Source: an uncultured virus (IMG/VR IMGVR_UViG_3300020219_000001)
Lineage: Duplodnaviria; Heunggongvirae; Uroviricota; Caudoviricetes
Direction: 5' to 3' (one strand)
Length of the DNA: 64,000 bases
IMG/VR virus record: IMGVR_UViG_3300020219_000001
The notes under the pieces were generated by a model. That model was not told the DNA's origin. It saw nothing but the letters and a program-made list of their open reading frames with translations, and did not search any database. The position numbers and the translations under genes were made by a program. Below, piece after piece: positions 9,850 to 20,415 of the stretch (its first letter is position 1; the number at the start of each line of letters is the position of its first letter).

Positions 9850-10826
9850 GCCGCGGACTCCCGACCGAGGGAGTACCGTGGGCGTCTGTAACTGATCCGA
9901 AGACTGGCAAGCGAAAAGGAAAGATCAAGCCGACTGCGACAGGACTGTGGAGCCGATACGGTAATCCGATCATGGCTCCGGACAGCTTCCTTGACCTTCT
10001 GCCAGCCGCTCCTCTGGACGGCGAACTCTGGGCGGGTCGAGGTAACTTCCAGCTTTGCCGCTCGATCTGCGGCGGCGACTCGCCTGACCCGCGGTTCTCC
10101 CTCATCAGTTTCGCTGTGTACGGCTTCCCGCCGATCGACACGGTGATCCAGACGGGCGAGATCAAGAACGCCAACTTCCACTGTCTCTTCGACGAGGAGA
10201 GCATCCAGAAGTTTGTGGCCTTCTGTGCCGAGAACGTAAGCCCCAACTTCCAGACCTTGGATGCTGGTGCGACCTTCGACCATGAGTTGATGGCTGGTGC
10301 CCAACTCCTGTCCGGTGACCGAGTGTTCGTACATAAGCAGGTTCGCCTGCCCGACGACGAAGCCGCGGCCGTCGCCCAGATCGAAGTCGAGTTGGGCAAG
10401 GTGCTCGAACTCGGCGGCGAAGGGGTGATGCTACGCTCTCCTGGTGCGGCCTGGACTCCCAAGCGTGTCAGCACACTGCTGAAGTACAAGCCATTCAACG
10501 ACGACGAAGGCGTGCTGGTGGGCTTCACCACTGGGCGCGAGACCGACAAGGGCAGCCGACTCCGCGGGAAGATCGGCGCTCTGATCCTGGACTACAAGGG
10601 CAAGCGCCTGGAGTTGTCCGGGCTGACGGACGAGGAGCGTGAGTTCTGTTGCTACAACGACACGACCTACGCACACGAACATCCCGGTGAAGAGATGCCG
10701 CGAGACGTGCGAGCATCTCGCAAGTTCAAGCTTGGCCAGAAGATCACGTTCATCTTCCGTGAACTGACCGACGATGGCATCCCCAAAGAAGCCCGCTACC
10801 TGCGGCAGCGAGAGGACGAAGAGTAA
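9729..10826 (+). CDS. ATP-dependent DNA ligase
   Basis: SEKLDG motif I, LDGELW, EGVML, LLKYK and a C-terminal OB fold. Confidence 0.93.
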   Translation: MARREFLQLAKPYRPGKDKIAGWYVSEKLDGTRCFWDGGLSRGLPTEGVPWASVTDPKTGKRKGKIKPTATGLWSRYGNPIMAPDSFLDLLPAAPLDGELWAGRGNFQLCRSICGGDSPDPRFSLISFAVYGFPPIDTVIQTGEIKNANFHCLFDEESIQKFVAFCAENVSPNFQTLDAGATFDHELMAGAQLLSGDRVFVHKQVRLPDDEAAAVAQIEVELGKVLELGGEGVMLRSPGAAWTPKRVSTLLKYKPFNDDEGVLVGFTTGRETDKGSRLRGKIGALILDYKGKRLELSGLTDEEREFCCYNDTTYAHEHPGEEMPRDVRASRKFKLGQKITFIFRELTDDGIPKEARYLRQREDEE

Positions 10827-11122
10827 TGAGCAAGTTCTCTGTGGCTGCCTTCCACGCCATCAAACGGAAGCCCTTCGTCGAGTTGCCGAAGACCACGCTC
10901 TATACAGCGAAAGGGCCGGCTGTCGGAACCATCTGGCTCGACGTAACGCAAAAGTCTCGTGAAACGCTGACTGTCATCGACGCTGACAGACTAATGGTCC
11001 ATTACGACAACGATAGTTGTGATGACCTGCAAGACTTCCACGAACAAGTGTCCGACGGACGTTTAGTCCTCGTCGGTGTTCGACAACCAGTATTGACGTA
11101 TACCCCGAAGGTGTTCTCTTGA
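10826..11122 (+). CDS. Hypothetical protein
   Basis: Coupled to both neighbours. Confidence 0.55.
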   Translation: MSKFSVAAFHAIKRKPFVELPKTTLYTAKGPAVGTIWLDVTQKSRETLTVIDADRLMVHYDNDSCDDLQDFHEQVSDGRLVLVGVRQPVLTYTPKVFS

Positions 11123-12219
11123 GTACGACCATTGTTGAAGTCTTGAAGATCGACGCTGTCGATCCCCATCCGAATGCCGATCGCTTAGAGATCGCGACGA
11201 TCCGCGGCGCGAAGACCGTGGTGACCAAGGATAAGTACACGGCAGGCGACTACGTCGTGTTCTTCCCGCCGGACATCCTGATTCCGGAGAGCCTCGGCCG
11301 CGAGCTAGGCGTTAGCAACTACCTGAAGCACGCTGAGTTCCCTGGGGACATCGTGAAGACGCCTTGCCGAGTGGCGGCCGCTCGCGTCCGCGGGCAAGCC
11401 TCCTTCGGCTTCGTGGTCCCGGTGGACGAAGTGTTCTTCGGCGAAGACGCTCAGATGGTCGTGGCGAACGCCGACGTGACGGCGTACTTCAACGCCCACA
11501 AGTACGTGCCGCCGGTCCAGGTCAGCGAGGGTGCCCGCCGCAAGGAGCATCCCGGCTTTCCGCGATACACCGACATCGACAACTACTACCGCTACCCGGA
11601 TGCGATCCCTGAAGGAACGCCGGTCCGGATCACCGAGAAGATTCACGGCCGCAACTGCCGTGTCGGGCTTCTCCGAGGTGAGAGCGGTGACTGGGAGTTC
11701 TTCGCAGGGTCGCACAACTTCCCTCGCAAGCGCCCAGCGGAAGATGCAAAGCCTTGCATCTACTGGGAGCCGCTCGAAGAGAAGACCGTGCTCGACTTGC
11801 TGACCGGCCTGTGCAACGAAGAGAACAGCGTCGTCTTGTACGGCGAACTGTACGGCCAAGGCTGTCAGGACCTCGACTATGGCGTGCGGCAAGGCCAACG
11901 TGAGTTCCGAGTCTTCGACATCCTGTTCAATGGCCGCTTCATGGACTGGGATGTTGTCCGAGACGTGTGCAAGTTGCACGGCGTCGAGACGGCTCCGCTG
12001 TTGTACGAGGGTCCGTTCTCGATCGCGAAGATGTCCGAACTGACGGATGGCCCCACGACGATCGGCACGCCCCGGGCGAAGTTCAAAGGTCGCGAGGGCG
12101 TCGTGGTGACGCCCCTGACGGAGTCGTACTCCGACATCCTTGGCGGCCGCATGATCCTAAAGTCGGTCTCGGCCGACTACCTCGACCGCAAGGGCGCTGA
12201 GGACAACGGAGAAATCTAA
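11119..12219 (+). CDS. RNA ligase, Rnl2-like DRB0094 family
   Basis: N-terminal HPNADRLE OB-type module; TEKIHG, YGE, FDI, REGVV and ILKS nucleotidyltransferase motifs. Confidence 0.92.
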   Translation: MSTTIVEVLKIDAVDPHPNADRLEIATIRGAKTVVTKDKYTAGDYVVFFPPDILIPESLGRELGVSNYLKHAEFPGDIVKTPCRVAAARVRGQASFGFVVPVDEVFFGEDAQMVVANADVTAYFNAHKYVPPVQVSEGARRKEHPGFPRYTDIDNYYRYPDAIPEGTPVRITEKIHGRNCRVGLLRGESGDWEFFAGSHNFPRKRPAEDAKPCIYWEPLEEKTVLDLLTGLCNEENSVVLYGELYGQGCQDLDYGVRQGQREFRVFDILFNGRFMDWDVVRDVCKLHGVETAPLLYEGPFSIAKMSELTDGPTTIGTPRAKFKGREGVVVTPLTESYSDILGGRMILKSVSADYLDRKGAEDNGEI

Positions 12220-12657
12220 GTGAGCAACTACGCACTCTGCTACGTCCCGAATGGCGACAACTGTTTGGTCATCCGCAAGGACAAGCCGAAGTGGCAGCAC
12301 GGTCTTTTGAACGTCCCGGGAGGCCACATTGAGCCGGGGGAATTCCCCACTCAGGCTGCCTCCCGGGAACTGTTTGAAGAGACCGGCCTACTCGCGTTCA
12401 TGTGCGAGGAGCTTGGTTCGATCCAAGGGCCTGACTTCGTCGTCCATTGCTGCCTCTGTGTGGTGAAGGAAACGAAGGTCGAGCAGAAGACGAGCGAGGC
12501 GGTGATGTGGATGCCGATCAAGAAGCTGCTCGACCTGCCCGACATCATCCACAACCTGAAGCTGATCGTACCTCTCATGCACCATCGAGTCCGCGGATGG
12601 ACCATTCGTCCGGCGGACATGGAAGCTAATAGCAACAACTGGCTGGTGAGTTACTAA
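12220..12657 (+). CDS. NUDIX hydrolase
   Basis: Nudix box GGHIEPGEFPTQAASRELFEETG. Confidence 0.92.
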   Translation: MSNYALCYVPNGDNCLVIRKDKPKWQHGLLNVPGGHIEPGEFPTQAASRELFEETGLLAFMCEELGSIQGPDFVVHCCLCVVKETKVEQKTSEAVMWMPIKKLLDLPDIIHNLKLIVPLMHHRVRGWTIRPADMEANSNNWLVSY

Positions 12658-13646
12658 TGCGTCTGCCGACATACATGAGCTACTCCTCCTGGTCTTCTTT
12701 CAAGAAGGACAAGGAGGAGTTCTACCTGAAGTACCTGTCTGCGAAGCGACCGGATCGTTTACCACAAGAGCGACCGGCGTCAGTAGGGTCTGCCTTCGAC
12801 GCCTACGTGAAGGCCGACTTCCACGAGAAGCTCTACGGTACGAACGCTGATCCGAAGTACGGCTTGCAAGCTTTGTTCGAGGCACAGGTCGAGCCGCAGA
12901 ATCGCGACTGGGCCTGGGACGCCGGCAAGTATGTCTTCGAGTGCTACAAGGTAGCCGGCCAGTACGACATCCTGCTCGACCTCCTAAAGAAGTCCACCCG
13001 GCCGCCCCGGATGGAAGTGGACATCAAGGGACCCGTCGAAGGTGTGCCGTTCCTAGCCAAGCCTGACTTGGAGTTCGCACTTGAAGGTCCGATCGAGATC
13101 GTCCACGACTGGAAGGTCAACGGCTTCTGCGGCAAAGCCAACACGAGTCCGAACAAGGGCTACATGTTGTGCCGCGACGGCTTCAAGGCCGCGAAGCAAA
13201 ACAAGTCCCACGACACGGCTCACAAGCAGTTCGTAGCGTTGGACTTCCACGGCTTCAAGATCGACGCCGGCTACATGGAAGATTGCTCCACCGATTGGGC
13301 GGAACAACTTTCCCTCTACGGCTGGGCGCTCGGCAAGAAGCTCGCGGACCCGAACGTCATCATCTCGGTGGACCAGGTCGTGGCGAAGGCTGTGATCGGA
13401 TTGCAGCCGGCACTTCGAGTGTCGTCGTTCCGAGCACGAGTTCGGAAGTCCTTCCAGCAGCACATTGCGGACAGCCTGCGAGAGTGCTGGGCCACGATCA
13501 ACAGTGGTCACATCTTCACCGACTTGACGCGAGAGCAGAACGACGAACGCATGGCTGTGCTCGACGGCCAAGGTTTACAGACCAGCACCGGGTCGGAGTA
13601 CGACTCGTTCTTCAACGAGGCCGTCCGGCCCGCCTACCGAGGTTGA
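12657..13646 (+). CDS. PD-(D/E)XK (RecB/Cas4-like) exonuclease
   Basis: MSYSS, GSAFD, KPD...DWK and QLSLY motifs. Confidence 0.7.
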   Translation: MRLPTYMSYSSWSSFKKDKEEFYLKYLSAKRPDRLPQERPASVGSAFDAYVKADFHEKLYGTNADPKYGLQALFEAQVEPQNRDWAWDAGKYVFECYKVAGQYDILLDLLKKSTRPPRMEVDIKGPVEGVPFLAKPDLEFALEGPIEIVHDWKVNGFCGKANTSPNKGYMLCRDGFKAAKQNKSHDTAHKQFVALDFHGFKIDAGYMEDCSTDWAEQLSLYGWALGKKLADPNVIISVDQVVAKAVIGLQPALRVSSFRARVRKSFQQHIADSLRECWATINSGHIFTDLTREQNDERMAVLDGQGLQTSTGSEYDSFFNEAVRPAYRG

Positions 13647-14131
13647 GTGTGATTGTCCAGATCAGGGATGCCAAGCCGCAGGACCAAGTTGTTCTCCAAG
13701 ACTGTGATCTGAAGTGCTTCTACCACCCGTGGGACATCGACCAATGGTCCATCGTGGGTGAAACGCATTGGGTCAAGGTGGCCACGATCTGGGGCAGCAT
13801 CGTTGGGTTCGCTGCTGGGAAATTCAACGAGGAGAACAAGTTTGTCCAAGTGGCGAAGGTCTGCGTTAAGGAGCAGTATCGCCGCCGAGGTGTTGGCACC
13901 GCCTTGATGGATGAGATGGAGAAGTTCGGCCTGCAACTGTCGGCCGTGGGAATGATGTGCTTGGTGCCTGAATCATTCACCGATCCGAATTCACCAAACA
14001 ACGCCGCCGCCTGGTTCAAAGCAATGGGCTGGGAAGCTACTGGAATGGTCCAGTCGCTCTTCAAAGAGACAGGTTACATCGAAGACGGCATTTTCTTTCA
14101 GAGGGAGATCAGACGTGGGACGAATGAGTAG
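13643..14131 (+). CDS. GNAT (RimI-like) acetyltransferase
   Basis: Acetyl-CoA motif V..QYRRRGVGTAL and A..WFKAMGW. Confidence 0.85.
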   Translation: MSVIVQIRDAKPQDQVVLQDCDLKCFYHPWDIDQWSIVGETHWVKVATIWGSIVGFAAGKFNEENKFVQVAKVCVKEQYRRRGVGTALMDEMEKFGLQLSAVGMMCLVPESFTDPNSPNNAAAWFKAMGWEATGMVQSLFKETGYIEDGIFFQREIRRGTNE

Positions 14132-14748
14132 GTCCGAATGGCGAGAGAGGAACACGATTGTACGGCCGAATAAGATCAGCCGCGCCGACGCTGAGGCGAT
14201 TATCAATCGACACATCAAACGGATGGCGATCGTGCAAGGGTACATCGACCCCGCCAAGCCGAAGTTCACGTGGGCCTGGTCCTATCAAGGACAGGACGGT
14301 GTCGTCGAAGCGAACACCCGTGGTGAGGCGAAGGCCATCATCAAGGTTGTGCTCGAAGTGCCGGCCAGTCACCGCCTACCAATCGGTGTAGCTGTCCGCC
14401 GCAGCGAGGAGATCACCGGCCGTGACATCACGGTCAAGGCTCGCTTGGAGAAGAAGAAACGTGCAAATCAACGCTGAAGCTTTACGCCGAATTGAAGAGG
14501 CGAGGTTCAGCGGCCGTGGTGTCGCAGCGATCTTCGAGCTTCTCTTCGGCGCTGCGAAGTTTGTTCCGGGCACGACGATGTCAACGACGATTGGCTATCA
14601 ACGCCCTGAGGACGTGATCGAAGAAGGGGACTTGTTCCCCATGATTACGTTCACGCTGCAACCTGCTAATAAGCTAACTCCCATTGTGGAACCGACTGAT
14701 GGACCTGCAAGTAGCGATTCAGTTTCTCCAGGAGCAACTGAGCAATAA
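14124..14748 (+). CDS. Two coupled hypothetical proteins (14124-14477 and 14461-14748)
   Basis: Overlapping starts and stops; no motif recognised. Confidence 0.55.
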
Positions 14749-16045
14749 CCAGTTCCTCTCCGGGGGCGCTGTACTGATGATCTTCGGCGGCCTGGCCGCC
14801 TGGGGGCGTTCGATCCCCGGCCGACTCTGGCGATGGGGCGTCCACCGCCTATTCATGGAAGTTGAAATTCCGATGAAGGACGACGCCTTCGTCTGGTTCA
14901 ACGACTGGCTAGCCGATCAGCCGTACACGAAGAACTGGTCCCGTTGGTTGACCGTGAGGACGACTCGCAAGGGTTGTCACCACGACGGCGACAAGCCGGA
15001 GATCATCTTCTCGCCGGCCCCGGGAACGCACTGGCTCTGGTGGAAGGGCTACTTCGTCATCGTGGAGCGTGAGCGCCAGGAGGACGTGCCGAACCAGAAG
15101 AACAACGCCGCAAGTTCGATCCCACGTGAGACGTTCAACGTCAGCGTACTGACTCGCAAACGCAAGGTCATCATGGACCTGCTGTACGAAGCTCGTGAGA
15201 AGGCGTACCCGCCTGACGACGACCGCATCTCGATCTTCTCGCCCCGTTACGGGAACTGGGAAGGAGAGATCAAGCGGCGTCCGCGTCCGCTGGAGTCGGT
15301 CGTGCTTCGCACGAACGTGTTGGAAGGCATGATCGCGGACGTGGAGAAGTTCATCAAGGCAGAGGATTGGTACATCGAACGTGGCATTCCCTATCGCAGG
15401 GGCTACCTGATGTACGGCCCTCCGGGCAACGGCAAGTCGTCAGTCGTCGTGGCCATTGCGTCATCGCTGCGGCTAGACATCTGTGCGATCAACCTGGGGA
15501 CATCAACCCTCGGTGACGACGATCTGTTGCAGTTGTTCTCCAGTGTCCCCGAGCACTCAATCGTGCTCATGGAGGACATCGACTGTGTCTTTGATGAGCG
15601 GACAGCCTCCGAAGACAAGGACAACAAGGTCACGTTCAGTGGACTGCTGAATGCGATCGACGGTGTTATGGCAGCCGAGGGACGGCTGCTGTTTATGACG
15701 ACGAACCACATCGAACGACTCGACGCTGCGTTGATTCGACCAGGTCGATGCGATGTGCGACTGAAGGTGGAGAACGCTGACAGGGAGCAGGCTCGTCGCC
15801 TATTCCTGCGGTTCTACCCCGATGAGCCGGACGCCGCTGTGCTGTTCGGCGTGTTGGTTGGACAAGGAAACGTGAGCATGGCTGCATTGCAAGGGCATCT
15901 CATCAAGTATTGCGATGACCCCATTGAAGCCGCCAACAACTACATGGAGCTAATGAATGAGCCGGAAGCGGCAGACGAAGTCTCGAACGGAACCAAGGCA
16001 GACATCGGGGTTCAAGCCAAACGGAGTGAACCCTCGGACGCCTAA
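14699..16045 (+). CDS. BCS1-like AAA+ ATPase
   Basis: N-terminal TM segment and BCS1_N-like PAPGTHW; RGIPYRRGYLMYGPPGNGKSS, EDID, TFSGLLNAIDG and LDAALIRPGRCD. Confidence 0.9.
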   Translation: MDLQVAIQFLQEQLSNNQFLSGGAVLMIFGGLAAWGRSIPGRLWRWGVHRLFMEVEIPMKDDAFVWFNDWLADQPYTKNWSRWLTVRTTRKGCHHDGDKPEIIFSPAPGTHWLWWKGYFVIVERERQEDVPNQKNNAASSIPRETFNVSVLTRKRKVIMDLLYEAREKAYPPDDDRISIFSPRYGNWEGEIKRRPRPLESVVLRTNVLEGMIADVEKFIKAEDWYIERGIPYRRGYLMYGPPGNGKSSVVVAIASSLRLDICAINLGTSTLGDDDLLQLFSSVPEHSIVLMEDIDCVFDERTASEDKDNKVTFSGLLNAIDGVMAAEGRLLFMTTNHIERLDAALIRPGRCDVRLKVENADREQARRLFLRFYPDEPDAAVLFGVLVGQGNVSMAALQGHLIKYCDDPIEAANNYMELMNEPEAADEVSNGTKADIGVQAKRSEPSDA

Positions 16046-16643
16046 CCAGAAGGAGTACATCAACACAATCATCGAGAACGACATCACGATGAGTCATGGA
16101 CCGGCAGGAACCGGTAAGACTCACATTGCTGTCGGGATGGGTGTGATGGCTCTGAAGGGCAACAAGGTGGAGAAGATCATTCTCTGCCGGCCCGCTGTGG
16201 ATTCCGGTGCTTCCATTGGGTACCTGCCAGGCACGATGGAAGAGAAGGTCGGTCCTTACCTGGTTCCGCTCTTCGACGAGTTGGCCCACTACCTTGACCG
16301 CAAGTTCATCAAGGCGTTTCAAGAGCAGGGGATCATTGAGATCGTACCGCTCTCCTTGATGCGTGGTCGAACCTTCAACAACTGCTTTGTGATTCTGGAT
16401 GAAGCCCAGAATGCAACGCAATCCGAGATCAGGATGTTCCTGACTCGTATCGGTCTTAACACCAAGATGGTGATCGTCGGCGACTTGTTCCAGTCGGACT
16501 TGCCACGTGATGCTCGCGGAGGCTTCGAGGGTGCCATCGAGCGCCTGGAAGGTCTGGACGGCATCGGCATCACGAAGCTCGATCGGACCGACATCGTTCG
16601 CCACCGGTTAATCGCGGATATTGAGGAGCGTCTGTCTCGATGA
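15957..16643 (+). CDS. phoH: PhoH-family ATPase
   Basis: GPAGTGKT, IGYLPG, MRGRTF, DEAQN, GD..QSD and DIVRH. Confidence 0.95.
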   Translation: MSRKRQTKSRTEPRQTSGFKPNGVNPRTPNQKEYINTIIENDITMSHGPAGTGKTHIAVGMGVMALKGNKVEKIILCRPAVDSGASIGYLPGTMEEKVGPYLVPLFDELAHYLDRKFIKAFQEQGIIEIVPLSLMRGRTFNNCFVILDEAQNATQSEIRMFLTRIGLNTKMVIVGDLFQSDLPRDARGGFEGAIERLEGLDGIGITKLDRTDIVRHRLIADIEERLSR

Positions 16644-18589
16644 GTTATTCGACAGGATTGGACGACGAGTTTGTTGGCCTGTACGCCGACAAACTCGTCC
16701 CGTGGGGCGAGGTCGGCTACGTCACTTACAAGCGAACCTACAGCCGTCGCAGCGAGGAGTTGGGCCGGACGGAAGAGTGGCACGAGACTTGTGCTCGCGT
16801 CTGTAACGGGCTAGTCGAACTAGGCGGACTGTTCAGTCAGCAAGAACTCGAACGCTTCTACGACCACCTCTTCAACCTCCGTGGCATGACCAGTGGTCGT
16901 GCCCTGTGGCAACTCGGTACGAACACGATCCGTCGTGTGGGTGCCGACAGCTTGCAGAACTGCTGGCACGTTACGTGTAACGAACTGGAGTCCTTCTGCT
17001 TCGCCTTCAACCAGTTGATGCTGGGCGGTGGCGTCGGCTTCAACATCCTTCCGGAGTACGTCTATGAGTTGCCCGTCGTCCGATACTCACCCGTCGTCGA
17101 ACGTGTCGAGTCCGCGGACTGTGACTTTATCGTCCCCGACAATCGGGAAGGCTGGGTGGAGTTGCTCAGGCGCGTCCTCAGGACGTTCTTCCTCGAAGGT
17201 GGCAAACCATTCCGCTACTCCACGCAAGTCGTCCGGGCTGCGGGAAAGCCTATCAAGTCTTTCGGAGGCACTGCGTCAGGATCGGAACCGCTAGTCAAGG
17301 GGATCAACCAGATCGTTCGTATCCTCCGCGCTCGTCATGGGAACAAACTGCGTCCCATCGACTGCATGGACATTATGAATCTGATCGGGGTGATCGTCGT
17401 CGCCGGAAACGTGCGTCGTAGCTCCGAGATCGCGATCGGCCATCCTCACGATCTGCTGTTCATCCAAGCGAAGAACTGGTCGATCGGCAACGTGCCGAAC
17501 TGGCGGACGAGCAGCAACAACACGGTGGCCTGTGACTCCATCTCCGAAGTCCTACCTGACTTCTGGGAAGGGTACCACGGCCGCGGCGAACCCTATGGCC
17601 TGTTGAACTTGCGGAACTGCCGCCGGTTCGGCCGGCTGGCGGACGGCGAGGGCTACCGGCCCGACTACGACGTGGTCGGCGTCAACCCCTGTGCCGAGAT
17701 CACGCTGTGCAACAAGGAGCCGTGCAACCTCGCGGACATCTTCCTCCCGAACATCCGTTCGGTGGATGAGTTCAAGGAGGTGGCAGCGCTGCTGTACAAG
17801 GCGTGCAAGACGATCTCCTGCTGTGACTTCAGTGATCCGGAAACGGACGCTATCGTCAAGCGAAATCATCGGCTCGGCATTGGACTGACCGGCTACATGG
17901 CCGCGCCTCAGTTCCACGACGGTAAGATTCTGACCGCGGTCTATCAGCACATCGAGCAAGCCGACCGGCACTACAGCAGTGTGCTGGGCGTCCCGTGCTC
18001 GAACAAGCTGACGACGATGAAGCCTTCGGGCACGCTCAGCCTGTTGCCTCCGAACACCCCGCCCGGGATGCACGGTGGCTACGACCGACATCTGATCCGT
18101 CGCATCCGGTTCTCGACGAGTGATCCCATTGTGGAGATCGCCCGCCGCAACGGCTACCACGTCGAGCCGAAGCTCGAACTGGATGGCACGCAGGACACGG
18201 GCACGATGGTGATCTCGTTCCCGATGAAGTTCGAGGCGAACGTCAAGCTCGCCCACGAGTTGAGTGTGATCGAGGAGTTGGAAGTCCAGAAGCATCTGCA
18301 AACGTACTGGGCGGACAACAGCGTCTCGGCCACGCACTACTTCAAGCTGGACGAGGTCGCCGACATCAAGACCTGGTTGCATGAGAACTACGAGGACTCC
18401 GTCAAGGCGTGCTCGTTCCTTCTCCACCAGGGTCACGGTTTCGTTCAGGCTCCGTTGGAGCCAATCACTGAGGAGCAATATCACCAGATGAAAGCCAGCG
18501 TGAAGCCGATCACTCGGGTCGTTGACGACCAGGAGATCGACATGATCGACAGCATGGAATGCGGGACGGGAGGTTGTCCCGTCAAGTGA
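16640..18589 (+). CDS. nrdJ: Class II (adenosylcobalamin-dependent) ribonucleotide reductase
   Basis: YKRTYSR, GRALW, NC, VAGNVRRS, NPCAEI, KPSGT and C-terminal ECGTGGCPVK. Confidence 0.93.
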   Translation: MSYSTGLDDEFVGLYADKLVPWGEVGYVTYKRTYSRRSEELGRTEEWHETCARVCNGLVELGGLFSQQELERFYDHLFNLRGMTSGRALWQLGTNTIRRVGADSLQNCWHVTCNELESFCFAFNQLMLGGGVGFNILPEYVYELPVVRYSPVVERVESADCDFIVPDNREGWVELLRRVLRTFFLEGGKPFRYSTQVVRAAGKPIKSFGGTASGSEPLVKGINQIVRILRARHGNKLRPIDCMDIMNLIGVIVVAGNVRRSSEIAIGHPHDLLFIQAKNWSIGNVPNWRTSSNNTVACDSISEVLPDFWEGYHGRGEPYGLLNLRNCRRFGRLADGEGYRPDYDVVGVNPCAEITLCNKEPCNLADIFLPNIRSVDEFKEVAALLYKACKTISCCDFSDPETDAIVKRNHRLGIGLTGYMAAPQFHDGKILTAVYQHIEQADRHYSSVLGVPCSNKLTTMKPSGTLSLLPPNTPPGMHGGYDRHLIRRIRFSTSDPIVEIARRNGYHVEPKLELDGTQDTGTMVISFPMKFEANVKLAHELSVIEELEVQKHLQTYWADNSVSATHYFKLDEVADIKTWLHENYEDSVKACSFLLHQGHGFVQAPLEPITEEQYHQMKASVKPITRVVDDQEIDMIDSMECGTGGCPVK

Positions 18590-18999
18590 TCCCTCTGGAA
18601 CAGATGACGCTCGACTATCGAGCAGGTCACGTTGATGGTAGGCGGACTGCTTACAAGGACATCATCAACATGTTCGCCACGGACGGCGTCCGACCGATCG
18701 ACATCATTGAACATCTTCGCGACTGCTTTGTGCAGATCAGCCAAGAGAATGTCGCGGTCAAGGACCTCCTGGATGAAGAAACCAAGAACCTGGAGCGGCA
18801 ACTGGAAAGCCGCAACCTGGCAATCGACCTGACCCGCGAGCATCACATGATCGCCGGACAAGTCAAAGGATTCAGAGAGTTGTTGAACGCTTGCAGCTTG
18901 GATGACGACACGCAGACTTACATCGCGGAACGTACTGAGCAGTTAGCTAATAAGGCCGACGAACTACACGCGATGGTACGCATCGCCCTGGGAGGTTAA
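18586..18999 (+). CDS. Hypothetical coiled-coil protein
   Basis: GTGA overlap with the nrdJ stop codon. Confidence 0.55.
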   Translation: MIPLEQMTLDYRAGHVDGRRTAYKDIINMFATDGVRPIDIIEHLRDCFVQISQENVAVKDLLDEETKNLERQLESRNLAIDLTREHHMIAGQVKGFRELLNACSLDDDTQTYIAERTEQLANKADELHAMVRIALGG

Positions 19000-19500
19000 T
19001 TGTTCACGTTTGAAACTCAAGACCTGCTGCGGCTGGCATACGAACATGCCGCCGCTGGTAGCCACGACAACTCGACGCATACTGGAGCCGTGCTAGTGAC
19101 GAGGGATAGGGCCTACGTCTTTCCCGTAGCCAACCGCTTCCCTGAGGGTGTTGAAGTAACACCGGAACGACTCAACGATCGCGACCTGAAGCTCCAGTTC
19201 ATGGAGCACGCGGAACGCTGGGCCATCTATCAGGCCGCTCGATTCGGGAGAGCTACTGAGGGTGCCACGATGTATGCACCGTGGTTCGCATGTGCTGACT
19301 GTGCTCGCGCCATAGCGTGCGCGGGCATCGAGAAGGTCGTGGGACATCAAGCCCCATTCGACCGAACGCCGGAGCGGTGGCTCAAGTCAATCGAGATCGG
19401 CAACACGATTCTCGATGAGGCGGGAGTTATCCGCGAATACTACGACGGTCCGATTGGCGGCGTCGAGTTGCTCTTCAACAAGGAGATGTGGTCACCGTGA
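19000..19500 (+). CDS. dCMP deaminase family protein
   Basis: HAE...CADC zinc deaminase motif. Confidence 0.9.
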   Translation: MFTFETQDLLRLAYEHAAAGSHDNSTHTGAVLVTRDRAYVFPVANRFPEGVEVTPERLNDRDLKLQFMEHAERWAIYQAARFGRATEGATMYAPWFACADCARAIACAGIEKVVGHQAPFDRTPERWLKSIEIGNTILDEAGVIREYYDGPIGGVELLFNKEMWSP

Positions 19501-19886
19501 GTAAACCGTTTGGTTACAGCTATCTGCTGGACATGTACGACTGTCGGCCCGGTGTGGCCGACGACCTGGAGCTTCACTACCGCTTCCTAGAAGAGCTTGT
19601 CGATCGCCTCGATATGACTCGCATGTCGCAACCCGTGGTCATTCACGGACCGACGAAGAACGGCATCGAGTTGTTCCCGGAGAAGGCCGGTGTCTCAGGA
19701 TGGGTCCCACTCATTGAGTCGGGCATCCAGATTCACTCGCTGGAACCGAAGCGGTTCATCACGCTCGACGTGTACTCCTGCCGCGAGTTCAAACCGATGA
19801 CGGTCCTCACGTTCGCGATGGAGTGCTTCGGTTTTGATCGTTACGAAGAACACGAGATCACACGAGGTACGAAGTATGCAGTTTAG
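19497..19886 (+). CDS. speD: S-adenosylmethionine decarboxylase proenzyme-like protein
   Basis: GVSG...LIES.I.IH...DVYSC pattern with the ES self-cleavage site. Confidence 0.8.
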   Translation: MSKPFGYSYLLDMYDCRPGVADDLELHYRFLEELVDRLDMTRMSQPVVIHGPTKNGIELFPEKAGVSGWVPLIESGIQIHSLEPKRFITLDVYSCREFKPMTVLTFAMECFGFDRYEEHEITRGTKYAV

Positions 19887-20415
19887 CGAATACCGAGTCG
19901 CGGCGGCGAAGACCGCGATCTACCCGGAGCGGAAGAAGATCGTGTACCCAGGGCTGGGCCTTGCTGGTGAAGCGGGTGAGGTCAGCAACCAGGTGAAGAA
20001 AATCTTCCGTGATGACAACGGCATTCCTGGGCCGGCTCGCATCGCGAACATCATCGCCGAAGTAGGTGGGGTGTACTGGTACTGTGCCGCCTTAGCGAAC
20101 GACCTGGAGATCGAACAGCTACCACCCTCCACGGCACAGATCGAGGAACAGGTCGAGTTGGAAGCCCTCCTGCTCGCAGGAGACGCGGGTGATATTGCCG
20201 CTGTGGTCTATCAATTCGCCATCCGCCACTCGACCGCTGAAGACTTACTTCATGTCTACAGGATCGACGAGGACATCGCCTGGGTGTTGAAGCGATTGGA
20301 GCACATCCTGACCTTCGTCGGCTCGACGCCGGCCGAGTGTATGCAGGCGAATCTCGACAAGCTAGCGGACCGCAGCGTCCGCGGCACACTCAAGGGCGAC
20401 GGGGACCATCGCTAA
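19876..20415 (+). CDS. MazG-like nucleotide pyrophosphohydrolase
   Basis: TAIYP, LGLAGEAGEV..KK..RD and N..KL.DR..RG.L.GDGD.R. Confidence 0.85.
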   Translation: MQFSEYRVAAAKTAIYPERKKIVYPGLGLAGEAGEVSNQVKKIFRDDNGIPGPARIANIIAEVGGVYWYCAALANDLEIEQLPPSTAQIEEQVELEALLLAGDAGDIAAVVYQFAIRHSTAEDLLHVYRIDEDIAWVLKRLEHILTFVGSTPAECMQANLDKLADRSVRGTLKGDGDHR

